Source: Sumerlaeia bacterium (GTDB taxonomy: Bacteria; Sumerlaeota; Sumerlaeia; SLMS01; JAHLLQ01). Taken from it: a DNA stretch of 64,000 bases. The stretch is from NCBI GenBank assembly GCA_040219255.1, contig JAVJSW010000042.1:96001-160000 (forward strand). The letters are read 5' to 3'. The notes below the pieces were generated by a model. The model was not told the origin of the DNA. It ran no database searches and saw only the letters and a program-made list of their open reading frames with translations. This document shows positions 54,093 through 64,000 of the stretch, in pieces (position 1 is the stretch's first letter; the number at the start of each line of letters is the position of its first letter). Both the position numbers and the translations under genes were made by a program.

Positions 54093-54623
54093 ATGCCCCT
54101 CCGCACCTTTGGCCCCGAAGACCTCGACGCCCCGCAGACCGAAGCGGAGCGCCAGGAAATGGTCGCGATCGAGCGCCTCACGACCAACGCCCAGCTCCTC
54201 AAGACTTTCGATATCCTCGACAAACAATTGAACGCGCTGCACCTGCGCGGCACGGCTGTCATCACCATCGTCGGCGTCGTGGTCACCGTTACGGGCTTCA
54301 GTGGCCGCATCATCGCCGGCACCAGCACCTTCGCCCAAACCTGTGTCATCGGCGGTCTCGCGCTCTGCATCGCCGCGGCGGCCGTCACCTTTGCCTTCGT
54401 CATGCCCATCCGCTGGATCACGTCCTACCTCCATCTCGGCCAGCACCAATGGCTCCTGACCGCTATCCGCCGCCGTAACCGGAAAACCAGAGCCTTCCGC
54501 TTCGCCGCCTTTCTCCTCATCATCGGCATCGCCCTCTATGGCATCGCCATCGCACAGATGCTTGCCTTTCCCTTTGCCTACGAAAACCTGAACGCCCGCC
54601 TGATTTTGCCCGAGGGGGAGTAA
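54093..54623 (+). CDS. Hypothetical 3-TM membrane protein
   Basis: Three hydrophobic segments, coding-like codon bias; alternative TTG start at 54051. Confidence 0.65.
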   Translation: MPLRTFGPEDLDAPQTEAERQEMVAIERLTTNAQLLKTFDILDKQLNALHLRGTAVITIVGVVVTVTGFSGRIIAGTSTFAQTCVIGGLALCIAAAAVTFAFVMPIRWITSYLHLGQHQWLLTAIRRRNRKTRAFRFAAFLLIIGIALYGIAIAQMLAFPFAYENLNARLILPEGE

Positions 54624-55036
54624 CCCCTCCCCCCAGGCGCGGAGAGCGCTGAGACAGCCCCGCTTCCCGATGATTCAAGATTAACTTCAGTCCCTCGCCC
54701 GATGTCTCTTTTGTCTTTCTTGCTCCTCAGTCTCCACATGAGGGGACAAACGCCAAGCCCTGTGAGAGGCTCCGCCCACTTCCCCACCAGACGTGGGCCG
54801 CGGGAGTCACCGCCATGCAAACGATCGCTCTTCCCATCCTGCCCAGCCCTCGCCGGAACTCGTCCGATTCTCAGCATTTTCCGCGTCTCGGCGGGGACTT
54901 TCGAGCCTCACCGAACCCCAACAATCGCCCCTTGACCCGAGGGGGCCCTCGGGCGGAGCACTCTCTCCCGAACAGCGAACCTGGGAGGAACCATTCGCCT
55001 TATGAACCCCATGGTCAGAAAGGCGGGCCCGCCACG

Positions 55037-56023
55037 ATGAGCACCGACGCTCCCGCTCCCCCGCCCGAGCCTTCGGCCGCCGCCCTTGCCAGCAAGGACT
55101 TGCTCGGCATCGAACCGCTTTCCGCCGATGAACTGACTCTGATTCTCGACAACGCTGTCGGATTCAAAGAAATCGTCACCCGAACCATCAAGCGCGTCCC
55201 GACCCTTCGCGGCCGCACGGTGGTGAATCTTTTCTTCGAGAACTCGACCCGCACCCGCACCAGCTTCGAACTCGCCGCCCGCCGTCTCTCCGCCGACGTC
55301 ATCAACTTCGACGTGGCGACGTCTTCGGTCAGCAAGGGCGAAGCGCTCCTCGACACCGTCGAGACCATCGAGGCCCTCGGCGCCGACTACATCGTCGTGC
55401 GCCATTCCTCGTCCGGCTCGGCGGAATTCCTGGCCCGTGCGGTCAAGTCGTCTGTCATCAACGCCGGCGATGGCGCTCACGAGCACCCCACCCAGGCGCT
55501 CCTCGACGCCTTCTCGATCCGCGAACGGCTCGGCCGCATCGCGGGTCTGAAGGTCGCCATCGTCGGCGACATCCTGCACAGTCGCGTCGCCCGGTCGAAC
55601 ATCCACGCGCTCAAAAAACTCGGCGCCCGGGTGGCTCTCGTCGGGCCTCCGACCCTGGTGCCGAAGACGTTTCGCACGATGGGTGTCGAAGTTCACCACG
55701 ACCTCCGCGACGGCCTGCGCGGAGCCGATGTGATCTATCTGCTGCGCATTCAGCTCGAACGCCAGCAGAAGAACCTCTTCCCCAGCCTGAACGAGTACAA
55801 AGCCCTCTACGGCATCACACCCGAGCGCGTCGGCTGGGCCGCGCCCGACGCCATCGTCATGCACCCGGGTCCCGTGAACCGCGGCGTGGAAGTCACCACC
55901 AGCGTGATGGAAAGCGACCGCTCGCTGATCCTCGACCAAGTCACCAACGGCGTGGCGGTCCGCATGGCCGTCCTCTACCTGTTGCAAGGAGCGCGCAATC
56001 GTGCAGCGGATTCTCATACATAA
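55037..56023 (+). CDS. pyrB: Aspartate carbamoyltransferase catalytic subunit
   Basis: [45 protein letters not shown]. Confidence 0.96.
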   Translation: MSTDAPAPPPEPSAAALASKDLLGIEPLSADELTLILDNAVGFKEIVTRTIKRVPTLRGRTVVNLFFENSTRTRTSFELAARRLSADVINFDVATSSVSKGEALLDTVETIEALGADYIVVRHSSSGSAEFLARAVKSSVINAGDGAHEHPTQALLDAFSIRERLGRIAGLKVAIVGDILHSRVARSNIHALKKLGARVALVGPPTLVPKTFRTMGVEVHHDLRDGLRGADVIYLLRIQLERQQKNLFPSLNEYKALYGITPERVGWAAPDAIVMHPGPVNRGVEVTTSVMESDRSLILDQVTNGVAVRMAVLYLLQGARNRAADSHT

Positions 56024-57320
56024 CGGCATCGTGGCCGATCCGTCGCAGGGCCTCCACGACCGGCTGGACCTGCTGATCGAGGACGGGCGCATCGCTGAGG
56101 TGGCCAAAGACATCCCCCGCGATCGGGCGGACCGCCTGATCGACGCCCAGGGCTTCACCATTTCCCCGGGCTTCATCGATCTCCACACGCACCTGCGGGA
56201 ACCCGGCGGCGAAGGCTCGGAAACCATCGAAACCGGCAGCCGCGCCGCAGCCGCCGGCGGCTTCACCACGATCTACTGCATGCCGAACACCAACCCGGTC
56301 TGTGACACGCGCACCGGCGTCCAGTTTGTCGTGTCCCGCGCCGAGACCTCTGGCATTATCCGAGTCATCCCGGTGGCTTCCGTCACGCGGGGCCAGAAGG
56401 GCGAGGAGCTGGCCGAGTTCGGCGCCCTCCTGGAAACCGGCGCCGGAGCCTTCAGCGACGACGGCCACCCGGTCATGAACGCCAACATCATGCGTCGGGC
56501 GCTGGCCTGTACGCGGATGCTTGGCGTGCCGATTTTCGACCACGCGGAAGACATGGACCTGACCGGCGCCGGCGTGATGCACGAGGGCCCGGTCAGCCTG
56601 CGCCTGGGCCTGCCGGGAATTCCCCGCATCAGCGAATCGACCATCGTGGCCCGTGACATTGCCCTGGCCGACGAAACCGGCGGCCACATCCACATCTGTC
56701 ACGTCAGCGCCCGCGAAAGCGTGGAAGCGATCCGCGAAGGCAAACGCAACGGCATCCGCGTCACCGCCGAAGTCTCTCCCCATCACCTGACCATGACCGA
56801 CGAAGCCGTGATCGGCTATAACACGCACGCCAAGATGAAGCCTCCGCTGAATGCCGAGGAGGACCGCCAGGCCCTCATCGCCGCCCTGGAAGACGGCACC
56901 ATCGATTGCGTCGCCACCGATCACGCCCCCCACGCGGCCACCACCAAACTCAACGTGTTCGATGGCGCGCCCTATGGCATCATCGGCATGGAGACGGCCT
57001 TTCCCGTGCTCTACACGGATTTCGTGGCGACGGGTCAGTGGTCGCTCGAGTTCCTGATCGAGAAGATGGCTCTGGCCCCCGCCCGCATCATGGAACAACC
57101 CTGGGGCACCCTGCGCCCCGGTTCCCTGGCGGACCTGACGCTGCTCGATCTGAATTGCGAATACACCTTCGAGGAGCGCCATCTGCGGTCCAAGAGCAGC
57201 AATTGCCCCTGGCTCGGCAAGACCATGAAAGCCCGCATCGCCGCGACACTGCTGGGCGGCGAAATCGTCTTCACCAACCCCGATTGCTTCAGCGTCGAGC
57301 GGGAAGGAGCGGCGCTGTGA
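56001..57320 (+). CDS. pyrC: Dihydroorotase (class I)
   Basis: [27 protein letters not shown]. Confidence 0.95.
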   Translation: MQRILIHNGIVADPSQGLHDRLDLLIEDGRIAEVAKDIPRDRADRLIDAQGFTISPGFIDLHTHLREPGGEGSETIETGSRAAAAGGFTTIYCMPNTNPVCDTRTGVQFVVSRAETSGIIRVIPVASVTRGQKGEELAEFGALLETGAGAFSDDGHPVMNANIMRRALACTRMLGVPIFDHAEDMDLTGAGVMHEGPVSLRLGLPGIPRISESTIVARDIALADETGGHIHICHVSARESVEAIREGKRNGIRVTAEVSPHHLTMTDEAVIGYNTHAKMKPPLNAEEDRQALIAALEDGTIDCVATDHAPHAATTKLNVFDGAPYGIIGMETAFPVLYTDFVATGQWSLEFLIEKMALAPARIMEQPWGTLRPGSLADLTLLDLNCEYTFEERHLRSKSSNCPWLGKTMKARIAATLLGGEIVFTNPDCFSVEREGAAL

Positions 57321-58117
57321 GTCTCACCACCCCCGCCTCGAAACTCTTTACGGGCGAATTGCCCCTCCTATCCTCCGACAGCTACGGCCCCGTCTCCAGC
57401 GGCGAGGACGTGGCCATTCGGCTCAAGACCTTCCTCCTGCCGGAAGAAGCCCCCGCCCCCCAGCCAGGTCAGTTCTATCTCGTCTCGCCCTTCGGCGAGG
57501 GCTCCGGCGTGACCTTTCCGGCGGTCGTGGTGCATTTCGATGCGCCCAGCCGCCACCTGAAGCTCGCCGCCTATTCCAGTGGCCTTGAGCAGGAAGACCC
57601 CCCGACCGACGCCCTCTTCTTTTCGGAACCCGAAGGATTCGAGCCGGACCCCTGGCTCGCCGGTCCCCTCGGCCACGGCATTGTCCTGCCGCCCGAGCCC
57701 ATGCCGATCGGCCTGCTCGCCTGCGGGCCCCAGGGCGTCGTGCTCGATGGCTTTGCCCGCTCCCTCTCCGAGGACGTGGACCTGACCGCCTGCTGGGTGC
57801 GCGATGCCGGAAGCGACGAGGCCACCCCCCCGCCAGGCCATCCCTTCACCCCCTTCCACAGCACCACGCTGGACGAAGCGCTGGAGGAATTGGAGTGGGC
57901 CGAGTGGATCGCCGTCGCTGGACCCAAGGCCTTCCTGAAGGAGGTGCAGCAGCGCCTCTCCGGAACCGATCAGGTGCTGCGCGCCTACTTCGGTAGCGAC
58001 TTCGGGGGCTGTGGCGTGGGCGCCTGCCTGCTCTGCCCGGTGAAAACCCAGAATGGCTACGCGCGCCAATGCGCCGACGGGCCGGTCTTCGACCTGAGAG
58101 AGTTGGTGTTCGAATGA
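57317..58117 (+). CDS. pyrK: Dihydroorotate dehydrogenase electron-transfer subunit (divergent)
   Basis: PGQF, GPLGHG, C-terminal GCGVGACLLC...CADGPVF Fe-S motif; GTGA/ATGA overlaps with pyrC and pyrD. Confidence 0.7.
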   Translation: MSLTTPASKLFTGELPLLSSDSYGPVSSGEDVAIRLKTFLLPEEAPAPQPGQFYLVSPFGEGSGVTFPAVVVHFDAPSRHLKLAAYSSGLEQEDPPTDALFFSEPEGFEPDPWLAGPLGHGIVLPPEPMPIGLLACGPQGVVLDGFARSLSEDVDLTACWVRDAGSDEATPPPGHPFTPFHSTTLDEALEELEWAEWIAVAGPKAFLKEVQQRLSGTDQVLRAYFGSDFGGCGVGACLLCPVKTQNGYARQCADGPVFDLRELVFE

Positions 58118-59067
58118 GCCAGGACGTGTTGCAACAGACCAGCGTGGACCTCGCCGTCGAGGTGGGGCCGCTGAAGCTGAAGAACCCGGTCATGACGGCG
58201 TCGGGCACCGCCGGCTATGGCACCGAGTACGCCGGGCTCTATGACCCGGGGCTGCTCGGCGCCATCGCCATGAAGGGCCTGACGCGCCACCCGCGCGAAG
58301 GCAATCGCCCCGCGCGCTGGGCGCCGACACCGGGCGGATTGCTGAATTCCGTGGGGTTGCAGAACATTGGCGTCGAGGCCTTTGTGGTGGAAAAGGCCGC
58401 CATCTGTGCCGAACTGGCGGAGAAGGGTTGTCAGCCGATCATCAATCTGGCGTGCGCCACGCAGGAAGATTTCATCGAGTCGGTGGAAATCCTTGAGGAA
58501 GGCTGCCCCGCCGCGGCCGCCTACGAAGTCAACGTCTCTTGTCCCAACGTGAAAAAGGGCGGCTGCGCCATCGGCGCGGACCAGAACGCCCTCGCGTCGG
58601 TCGTGCGGGAGCTGCGGTCCAGGACCACAAAGCCATTGATCGTCAAACTTCTACCCCTCGTCACCGATATCGTGGCGATGGCCAAGGTAGTGCAGAACGA
58701 AGGCGCCGATGGCATCACACTGGTGAACACGATCCCGGCCATGGGCATCGACGCGAAGACGCGCCGGCCCAAGCTGGGCTCCGTCACCGGCGGCCTCTCC
58801 GGCCCGGCCATCAAGCCCCTCGCGCTGCGTTTGGTTTACTTGACTTATCAGGCCACGAAAATGCCGATCATCGGCCTCGGCGGCATCCAAACGGGCGAAG
58901 ACGCCATCGAGTACATGCTGGCCGGGGCCAGCGCCGTCGCCATCGGTTGCGGTCAATTCTCGAACCCACGAGCGCCGCTGATGGTGCTGGAGGAAATGGC
59001 GGCCTATTGCGAGGAGCAAGGCGTCGGCTCGATCCGTGAGCTGACCGGGGGGCTGATCCTGGAATGA
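58114..59067 (+). CDS. pyrD: Dihydroorotate dehydrogenase, family 1B catalytic subunit
   Basis: NPVMTASGT, NSVGLQN, NVSCPNV, GGLSGPAIKP, IIGLGGI. Confidence 0.95.
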   Translation: MSQDVLQQTSVDLAVEVGPLKLKNPVMTASGTAGYGTEYAGLYDPGLLGAIAMKGLTRHPREGNRPARWAPTPGGLLNSVGLQNIGVEAFVVEKAAICAELAEKGCQPIINLACATQEDFIESVEILEEGCPAAAAYEVNVSCPNVKKGGCAIGADQNALASVVRELRSRTTKPLIVKLLPLVTDIVAMAKVVQNEGADGITLVNTIPAMGIDAKTRRPKLGSVTGGLSGPAIKPLALRLVYLTYQATKMPIIGLGGIQTGEDAIEYMLAGASAVAIGCGQFSNPRAPLMVLEEMAAYCEEQGVGSIRELTGGLILE

Positions 59068-59912
59068 AGCGTCCCTGCGCCGCCACGCGAAAACTGGTCG
59101 AGGCCTGGAAACGCACGGGTTCGCTGCTGTCGGTGGGTCTCGAACCGGCGCCCGAATACCTGCCCGACCGGTTCCCCGCCACCATCGCGGGGCACGAGGA
59201 GTTTCTCCGCCTCCTGATCGAGGCCACCGCCGAGCACGCCGCCGCCTATAAGTTCAACCTCGCCTTCTTCGAGTCTCTCGGGCCGGAAGGCTGGGCGCTG
59301 CTTTTTCGCCTGCGCGAGGCCCTGCCGGACAACGCGCTGATCCTGGCGGATGCGAAGCGGAGCGACATCGGATCGACCGCGAAGCATTATGCCAAGGCGC
59401 TTTACGAGACGCTGGCGGCCGACTCGGCGACGGTCAATCCGCTGCTGGGCCGCGACGCCTGCGAGCCATTTCTGGAGTTCACCGACAAGCTGACGTTTTT
59501 CCTGGTCCTGACCAGCAACCCGGGCGCCGAAGACTTCATTCTGCCGGGCGATTTCTGGCGCCGTGTGGCAGAGAAACTGCCCACCTGGACGGACGCCGAC
59601 AACCTCGGCTACGTCGTCGGCGCAACGCGGGGCGAACTGGTGCGCCAATGCCGGGCGCTCTGCCCCGCCGTGCCGTTCCTGATCCCCGGAGTGGGCAAGC
59701 AGGGCGGCGACGTGGAGCAAACCGCCCGCGACGGCCAGGCCACCCGTCAGGACGGGTTTCCCGGCACCCTGTTCCACGTCACGCGCGGCATCCTGCCGCC
59801 GAAGGACGGGCAGGGCGATCCGCTGAAGGTGATGCGGTCGCGGACCGTCCACTACCACAGCATGATCGCGAAGGCCCTGCCGGCCACCGCGACGGAGCAA
59901 GCGCATGGCTGA
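59064..59912 (+). CDS. pyrF: Orotidine-5'-phosphate decarboxylase
   Basis: YKFNLAFFE, DAKRSDIGST, TSNPG, VVGAT, LIPGVGKQGG. Confidence 0.93.
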   Translation: MKRPCAATRKLVEAWKRTGSLLSVGLEPAPEYLPDRFPATIAGHEEFLRLLIEATAEHAAAYKFNLAFFESLGPEGWALLFRLREALPDNALILADAKRSDIGSTAKHYAKALYETLAADSATVNPLLGRDACEPFLEFTDKLTFFLVLTSNPGAEDFILPGDFWRRVAEKLPTWTDADNLGYVVGATRGELVRQCRALCPAVPFLIPGVGKQGGDVEQTARDGQATRQDGFPGTLFHVTRGILPPKDGQGDPLKVMRSRTVHYHSMIAKALPATATEQAHG

Positions 59913-60483
59913 CATCCTGGAAGTTCTGAAAGAAACGGGTGCGTTGAAGGAAGGCCACTTCCTGCTGAGCAGCGGCCTCCACAGCGGCAACTACTGCCAG
60001 TGCGCGGCGCTCTTTGAACACCCGGACAAAGCCGAACTAGCGGCGCGCGCGATGGCGGAGAAGCTCGCGGGTTTGCCGAAGCCGGACGTGGTGCTGGCGC
60101 CGGCGCTGGGCGGGGTGCTTTGGGGGTACGAATTGGCGCGGGCGCTGGGCGTGCGGTCGATTTTCGCCGAGCGTCCCGACGGGATTTCCTTCGCCCTGCG
60201 GCGCGGCTTTGTGCTGGAGAAGGGCCAGCGGGTGCTGCTGGCCGAGGACGTTATCACAACCGGCAAATCGGTCAGCGAACTGCTACCGATCATCGAGGAC
60301 GCCCAATGCGAAGTCGTGGGCTTCGCGGCCGTGGCGAACCGAAGCGGCGGAAAATTCGCCCCCGGGCATCCGGTTTTCAGTCTGGTCGATTTGAATTTTC
60401 CTACTTACCAGCCGGCGGATTGCCCGCTGTGCCGCGAAGGCAAAGGCCCCGCCATCAAACCCGGCAGCCGCGCGAACGCCTGA
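59905..60483 (+). CDS. pyrE: Orotate phosphoribosyltransferase
   Basis: GHFLLSSGLHS, AEDVITTGKS PRPP motif, CPLC...KPGSR. Confidence 0.95.
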   Translation: MADILEVLKETGALKEGHFLLSSGLHSGNYCQCAALFEHPDKAELAARAMAEKLAGLPKPDVVLAPALGGVLWGYELARALGVRSIFAERPDGISFALRRGFVLEKGQRVLLAEDVITTGKSVSELLPIIEDAQCEVVGFAAVANRSGGKFAPGHPVFSLVDLNFPTYQPADCPLCREGKGPAIKPGSRANA

Positions 60484-60515
60484 GAACCCGCGCCTGAGAG
60501 CCGGGTCGCCGGGAC

Positions 60516-61922
60516 TCAGTCCCGAACGCGGGCGTTCATCTTCTCGAGGATGCGTTTGTCGAGGGCGGCCTGGATGCTTTCCAGCGCGGCTTCCGGAGTT
60601 TTCTTGCCCGAGAGGACGAGTTGGAACTCGGGGTTGAAGATGTCGCTTTCGAGCGTGCCGTAGAGCGGAATCCGAGGCAGCGCCTCAGCGTGCTTGAGCT
60701 GCTCCATGAACTTGGGCAGGTAGGGGTACTTGCTCATGTCCAGGTCTTCCCAGGCGGACAAGCGGGTCGGGATCTGGCCGAGCGTTTCAGCCCAATAGCG
60801 CTGCTCGACTTCGCCGGTGAAGTATTCGAGAAACTCGTAGGCGATTTCCGGGTGTTCGCAGGTCTTGAAGATGACGCCGGATTGGCCGCCGATATTGGAC
60901 GAGGATTCGGGTTCGATGCCCAGTTCGCGCGCTTCTTTTTCCGGCACGGCGGGAATCAGGGAAATGTCGAAGTCGAGGCCGTTGGCCTCGAACTTCTCGG
61001 TGTTCCAGGGGCCGGTGAAGATCATGGCGTACTTGCGGTTCTGAAAGCCCTGATCCGGGCCGGTGGCGCCCGGTTTCCAGGCGCCGGCTTCCACCTGGCT
61101 GTCGAGAACGAGGCCGGCGAGACGCTCCATGGCGGCGAGTCCGAGGGCACTGTCGACGGTGGGGACGGCGCGGCCGTTGGCTTCGTACTGCACCCATTCG
61201 ACGTTGTACTGATTGAAAACGGGGAATTGGAACCAGAGGCTGCCGGACATGGCATAGCCGTAGATGTCGTCGCCTTCGAGGACCTTGGAGTAGGCGATGA
61301 GTTCGTCCCAATCTTTGGGGGCGCGGTTTGGATCGAGGCCCGCGGCGCGGAGTTCCTGACCCTTGGCGCGGAACATTTCCCGGTTCCAGAAAAGCGCCAG
61401 CGTCGTCGTCTGCACCGGCAGACCGAATTGATGCTGGGTCAGTGGCGAATCGTCGTCGTCACGCATGAAGACGGTGGCCTGATCGAAGGAGGCGTTGACG
61501 AACTCGCTTCGGGCATCCTGGATGGAATCGTAACGCCAGTTGTCGAGTGTATCGAGAGGGACGAGGGTCTGGCCGTAGGTGAGTTCGATGACCTTCTGGG
61601 CGTCCACGAATGCGATGTCCGGGGTCCGGCGGGCCAGGGCGGCGGTTTTCAGCTTGGTGGTCATGTCGTCGAAACTGACGCGTTCGAGGATGATGTCGAG
61701 GGTCTTGCCGGGATTTTCCTCCATCCACTTCTGCTCGAAGCGGTTGGTGATTTCCTCCATCACGGTGACTTCTTCGAATTTGAAGCCCTGCCAGACGACG
61801 AGGGTGATCTTGTTGTCGTCGGCCGCGAGGACATCGGCGCCGCACCCGGCCCCGAGAATGGCCGCGAAAGCGAGAGTGACTGCGAAGAGGAATGGCCGCA
61901 TGGCTCTTGAAACGTCTCCCAT
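60516..61922 (-). CDS. Carbohydrate ABC transporter solute-binding lipoprotein
   Basis: Lipobox GAG-C; PDIAF, ALFWNREMF, APKDWDEL, AMIFTGPW; TAATG overlap with the upstream permease. Confidence 0.9.
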   Translation of the reverse strand: MGDVSRAMRPFLFAVTLAFAAILGAGCGADVLAADDNKITLVVWQGFKFEEVTVMEEITNRFEQKWMEENPGKTLDIILERVSFDDMTTKLKTAALARRTPDIAFVDAQKVIELTYGQTLVPLDTLDNWRYDSIQDARSEFVNASFDQATVFMRDDDDSPLTQHQFGLPVQTTTLALFWNREMFRAKGQELRAAGLDPNRAPKDWDELIAYSKVLEGDDIYGYAMSGSLWFQFPVFNQYNVEWVQYEANGRAVPTVDSALGLAAMERLAGLVLDSQVEAGAWKPGATGPDQGFQNRKYAMIFTGPWNTEKFEANGLDFDISLIPAVPEKEARELGIEPESSSNIGGQSGVIFKTCEHPEIAYEFLEYFTGEVEQRYWAETLGQIPTRLSAWEDLDMSKYPYLPKFMEQLKHAEALPRIPLYGTLESDIFNPEFQLVLSGKKTPEAALESIQAALDKRILEKMNARVRD

Positions 61923-63307
61923 TATTCTTTCACCGCTCCGGCCGTCAGGCCTTCGAGCAAGTATTTCTGCGTAACGATAAACAGCACAGTGATCGGCAGG
62001 ATCGAGAAGCAGGCGCCCGCCATGACACGCTCCCAGTCGGTGCCGTACTGGCCTTTGAAGGCCTGGAGACCGACCGGCAGGGTCGTCACCGGCGATGCGG
62101 GTTGTGTGACAATGAGTTGCCACAGAAAGTTCGACCACTGACCCACGAAGGTCAAAAGGAACAGAGTGACCATGATCGGCATGCACAGCGGAATGACGAT
62201 GTTGCGGAACACGTTCAATTCGGAGGCGCCATCGATCTGGGCCGCGTTGAAGAGGTCCTTGGGGATCTGGCCAACGTATTGTCTCAGGAGGAAGAGACCG
62301 AAGACGTTGGCCACATGGGGCACGATCAGCCCGGGGAAGGTATCGATCCAACCGAGCTTGAGGGTGATGGCGAACTGGGGCACCATGTAGATCATGCCGG
62401 GCACCAGCATGGACGCCAGCAGGCCGGCGAACAGGACATCACGGAAGTGAAACTGCTTCACCGCGAAGGCGTAACCGGCCATGGTGCAGAAGAGAACCGT
62501 CAGCAAGGCCGCCATCGTCGCCACGATGAAGCTGTTGAAGATGTACCGTCCAAAGGGAAAGTCTTTGTTGCCGAGGATCGCGGTGAAATTCTCTAAGGTG
62601 TAGAGGTTGCCGATGGCTTCGCCGAGAGAGTATTCGCGCACGACCTGAAAGGTTTCGACGGCGCCGGGGAACTCGCCGCGGTGGGCTCCGTTTTCGAAGC
62701 GCAGGGCGACCGACTCGCCCTGGGACGAGAGAACGGAGTAGCTTTTTTCTTCGGGCAGGCGAAGCGCGACTTTCGTGGTCTCGCCATCGATACGCGTTTC
62801 GTTGAAGAGGGGGCGATTGGAAGTGAGAGTCGACCCTGGCTCGATCCGCAACATGGAAACGCCGGACTCGTCCTCGGCGGGATTGTCTGGATCGCTGACC
62901 GTATTGGAGTTATTGACGACGAACTGATACGGCAGGAGTCCCGCCTCCACGCCTTCCACTTCGGCGACCCAAAGGCCCTCGACGGTGCGAGACATGACTC
63001 GGCGCGATTCCTCTTCACCGCCGGGACGCAGCAAGAGGGTGACTTCGGTGGCGGCGGCGTCGGTATACTCAAAGACGGCGCTTTGGCCTTCGCCGTCGCG
63101 GCGAACGACCAATTCCTGGTCGAAAACCTCGGACCTTTGGGGCATGAACTGGAGGGTCTGGGCTTTGCCCTGGACCTTGAGCGCGGTGAGGATCATCCAC
63201 ACGAGCGGGAGTTGAACGAAAAGCAGCAAGCCGGTGAGCAGCACGAAGAGGAGAGTCGTGCGCACACGGCGCGTCATGAATGGCTGGGGTTGCCAAGGCT
63301 GGTCCAT
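61922..63307 (-). CDS. Carbohydrate ABC transporter permease (MalG-type) with large extracytoplasmic insert
   Basis: FNSFIVA, AGYAFA, IPKDLFNAAQIDGAS (EAA loop), WSNFLWQL, TLPVGL, EGLTAGAVKE. Confidence 0.9.
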   Translation of the reverse strand: MDQPWQPQPFMTRRVRTTLLFVLLTGLLLFVQLPLVWMILTALKVQGKAQTLQFMPQRSEVFDQELVVRRDGEGQSAVFEYTDAAATEVTLLLRPGGEEESRRVMSRTVEGLWVAEVEGVEAGLLPYQFVVNNSNTVSDPDNPAEDESGVSMLRIEPGSTLTSNRPLFNETRIDGETTKVALRLPEEKSYSVLSSQGESVALRFENGAHRGEFPGAVETFQVVREYSLGEAIGNLYTLENFTAILGNKDFPFGRYIFNSFIVATMAALLTVLFCTMAGYAFAVKQFHFRDVLFAGLLASMLVPGMIYMVPQFAITLKLGWIDTFPGLIVPHVANVFGLFLLRQYVGQIPKDLFNAAQIDGASELNVFRNIVIPLCMPIMVTLFLLTFVGQWSNFLWQLIVTQPASPVTTLPVGLQAFKGQYGTDWERVMAGACFSILPITVLFIVTQKYLLEGLTAGAVKE

Positions 63308-63313
63308 GGATAA

Positions 63314-64000
63314 TCAGTCCTTCGGGGCGAGGAACTTGAAGTTGATCACGCTGACAACGAGCGCGATGGCGAGAAGGAAGAAGCTGATAGCGGCCGCCTG
63401 ACCGTAGAACGAGTCGTCGAAGACGCGGTAGAGGTGGTAGCCGGAGACGCGGGCGGCCTGGAGCGTCTGCCCTCCGACGTTCACACCGGGTCCGCCGGTG
63501 TTGTCGGTCATCGAGTAGATTTCGCTGAAGGCGTTGAGCGTGGCCACTAAGCCGGTGATGCTGAGGAACAGGATGATGGGCCGCAGCAGGGGCAGTGTGA
63601 TATGGGTGAGCTGCTGCCATTTCGTGGCGCCATCGACTTCCGCGGCCTCGAAGACCGAGGTGGGAATGTTGTTCAACGCCGTGAGGAAAAGGATCATTCC
63701 GAAGCCGGCGTTCTTGAGCACCATGGCCAGCGCGATGCACGGCAGGGTGAGGTAGGGGTTGCTGAGGAAGCCGTCCTGGACCAGCACGCCGAGGCCGACC
63801 CATTCGAAGATTCTGAGGAAGAGGCCTTCGTTGGGGTTGTAGAGCAGCAGCCAGATGACGCCGACGACATAGATGTCGAAGACGTTCGGCAGGAAGAATC
63901 CGCTGCGGTAGAAGCCGAGGCCCTTCATCTTGCGATTGAGGGTGATCGCGAGAAACAGGGAGAGGATCATGCCCGGAATGATGGTCAGCGTCGCGTAGAC
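63314..64000 (-). CDS. Carbohydrate ABC transporter permease (MalF-type), 5'-truncated by window edge
   Basis: FYRSGFFLP, IPTSVFEAAEVDGATKWQQLTHITLPLLRP, GQAAAIS. Confidence 0.9.
   Translation of the reverse strand, partial: VYATLTIIPGMILSLFLAITLNRKMKGLGFYRSGFFLPNVFDIYVVGVIWLLLYNPNEGLFLRIFEWVGLGVLVQDGFLSNPYLTLPCIALAMVLKNAGFGMILFLTALNNIPTSVFEAAEVDGATKWQQLTHITLPLLRPIILFLSITGLVATLNAFSEIYSMTDNTGGPGVNVGGQTLQAARVSGYHLYRVFDDSFYGQAAAISFFLLAIALVVSVINFKFLAPKD

Noticed and set aside
54815-55036. 74-codon in-frame extension or leader peptide of pyrB
   Set aside because: No homology-like content; ATCase similarity begins after the ATG at 55037
60476-60524. CGCCTGAGA direct repeat and CGGGACT-C-AGTCCCG palindrome at the pyrE/solute-binding protein junction
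   Set aside because: Very short, one-base loop and no U-tract; could be chance

Overview
GC-rich bacterial chromosomal window with about 41 protein-coding genes and two tRNAs (Leu-TAA, Thr-CGT). Most genes are housekeeping: glnE, rarA, ettA, dut, tmk, mqnE, NDH-2, a pyrB-C-K-D-F-E operon, sugar ABC transport and a GH57 branching enzyme. It also holds a giant PD40/TPR/CHAT caspase-like protein (5' end outside the window), a large secreted lysyl-endopeptidase-like protease, and a single-chain restriction-modification gene just downstream of tRNA-Thr. No rRNA, CRISPR array, integrase or transposase is visible. The strongest unexplained signal is a set of 5-6 short intergenic elements in which periodic 8-9 nt repeat arms in inverted orientation enclose unique AT-rich cores. 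Other oddities are a channel with AGEP in place of TVGYG, a permease with an inserted CBM48-like domain, a ROK repressor lacking its sugar/Zn module, a degenerate PyrK, and a tandem ~165-aa C-terminal domain on the protease. The protein style recalls Candidatus Sumerlaeota (BRC1), but that is an unverified impression. All family assignments come from motif recognition by eye; no searches were run.
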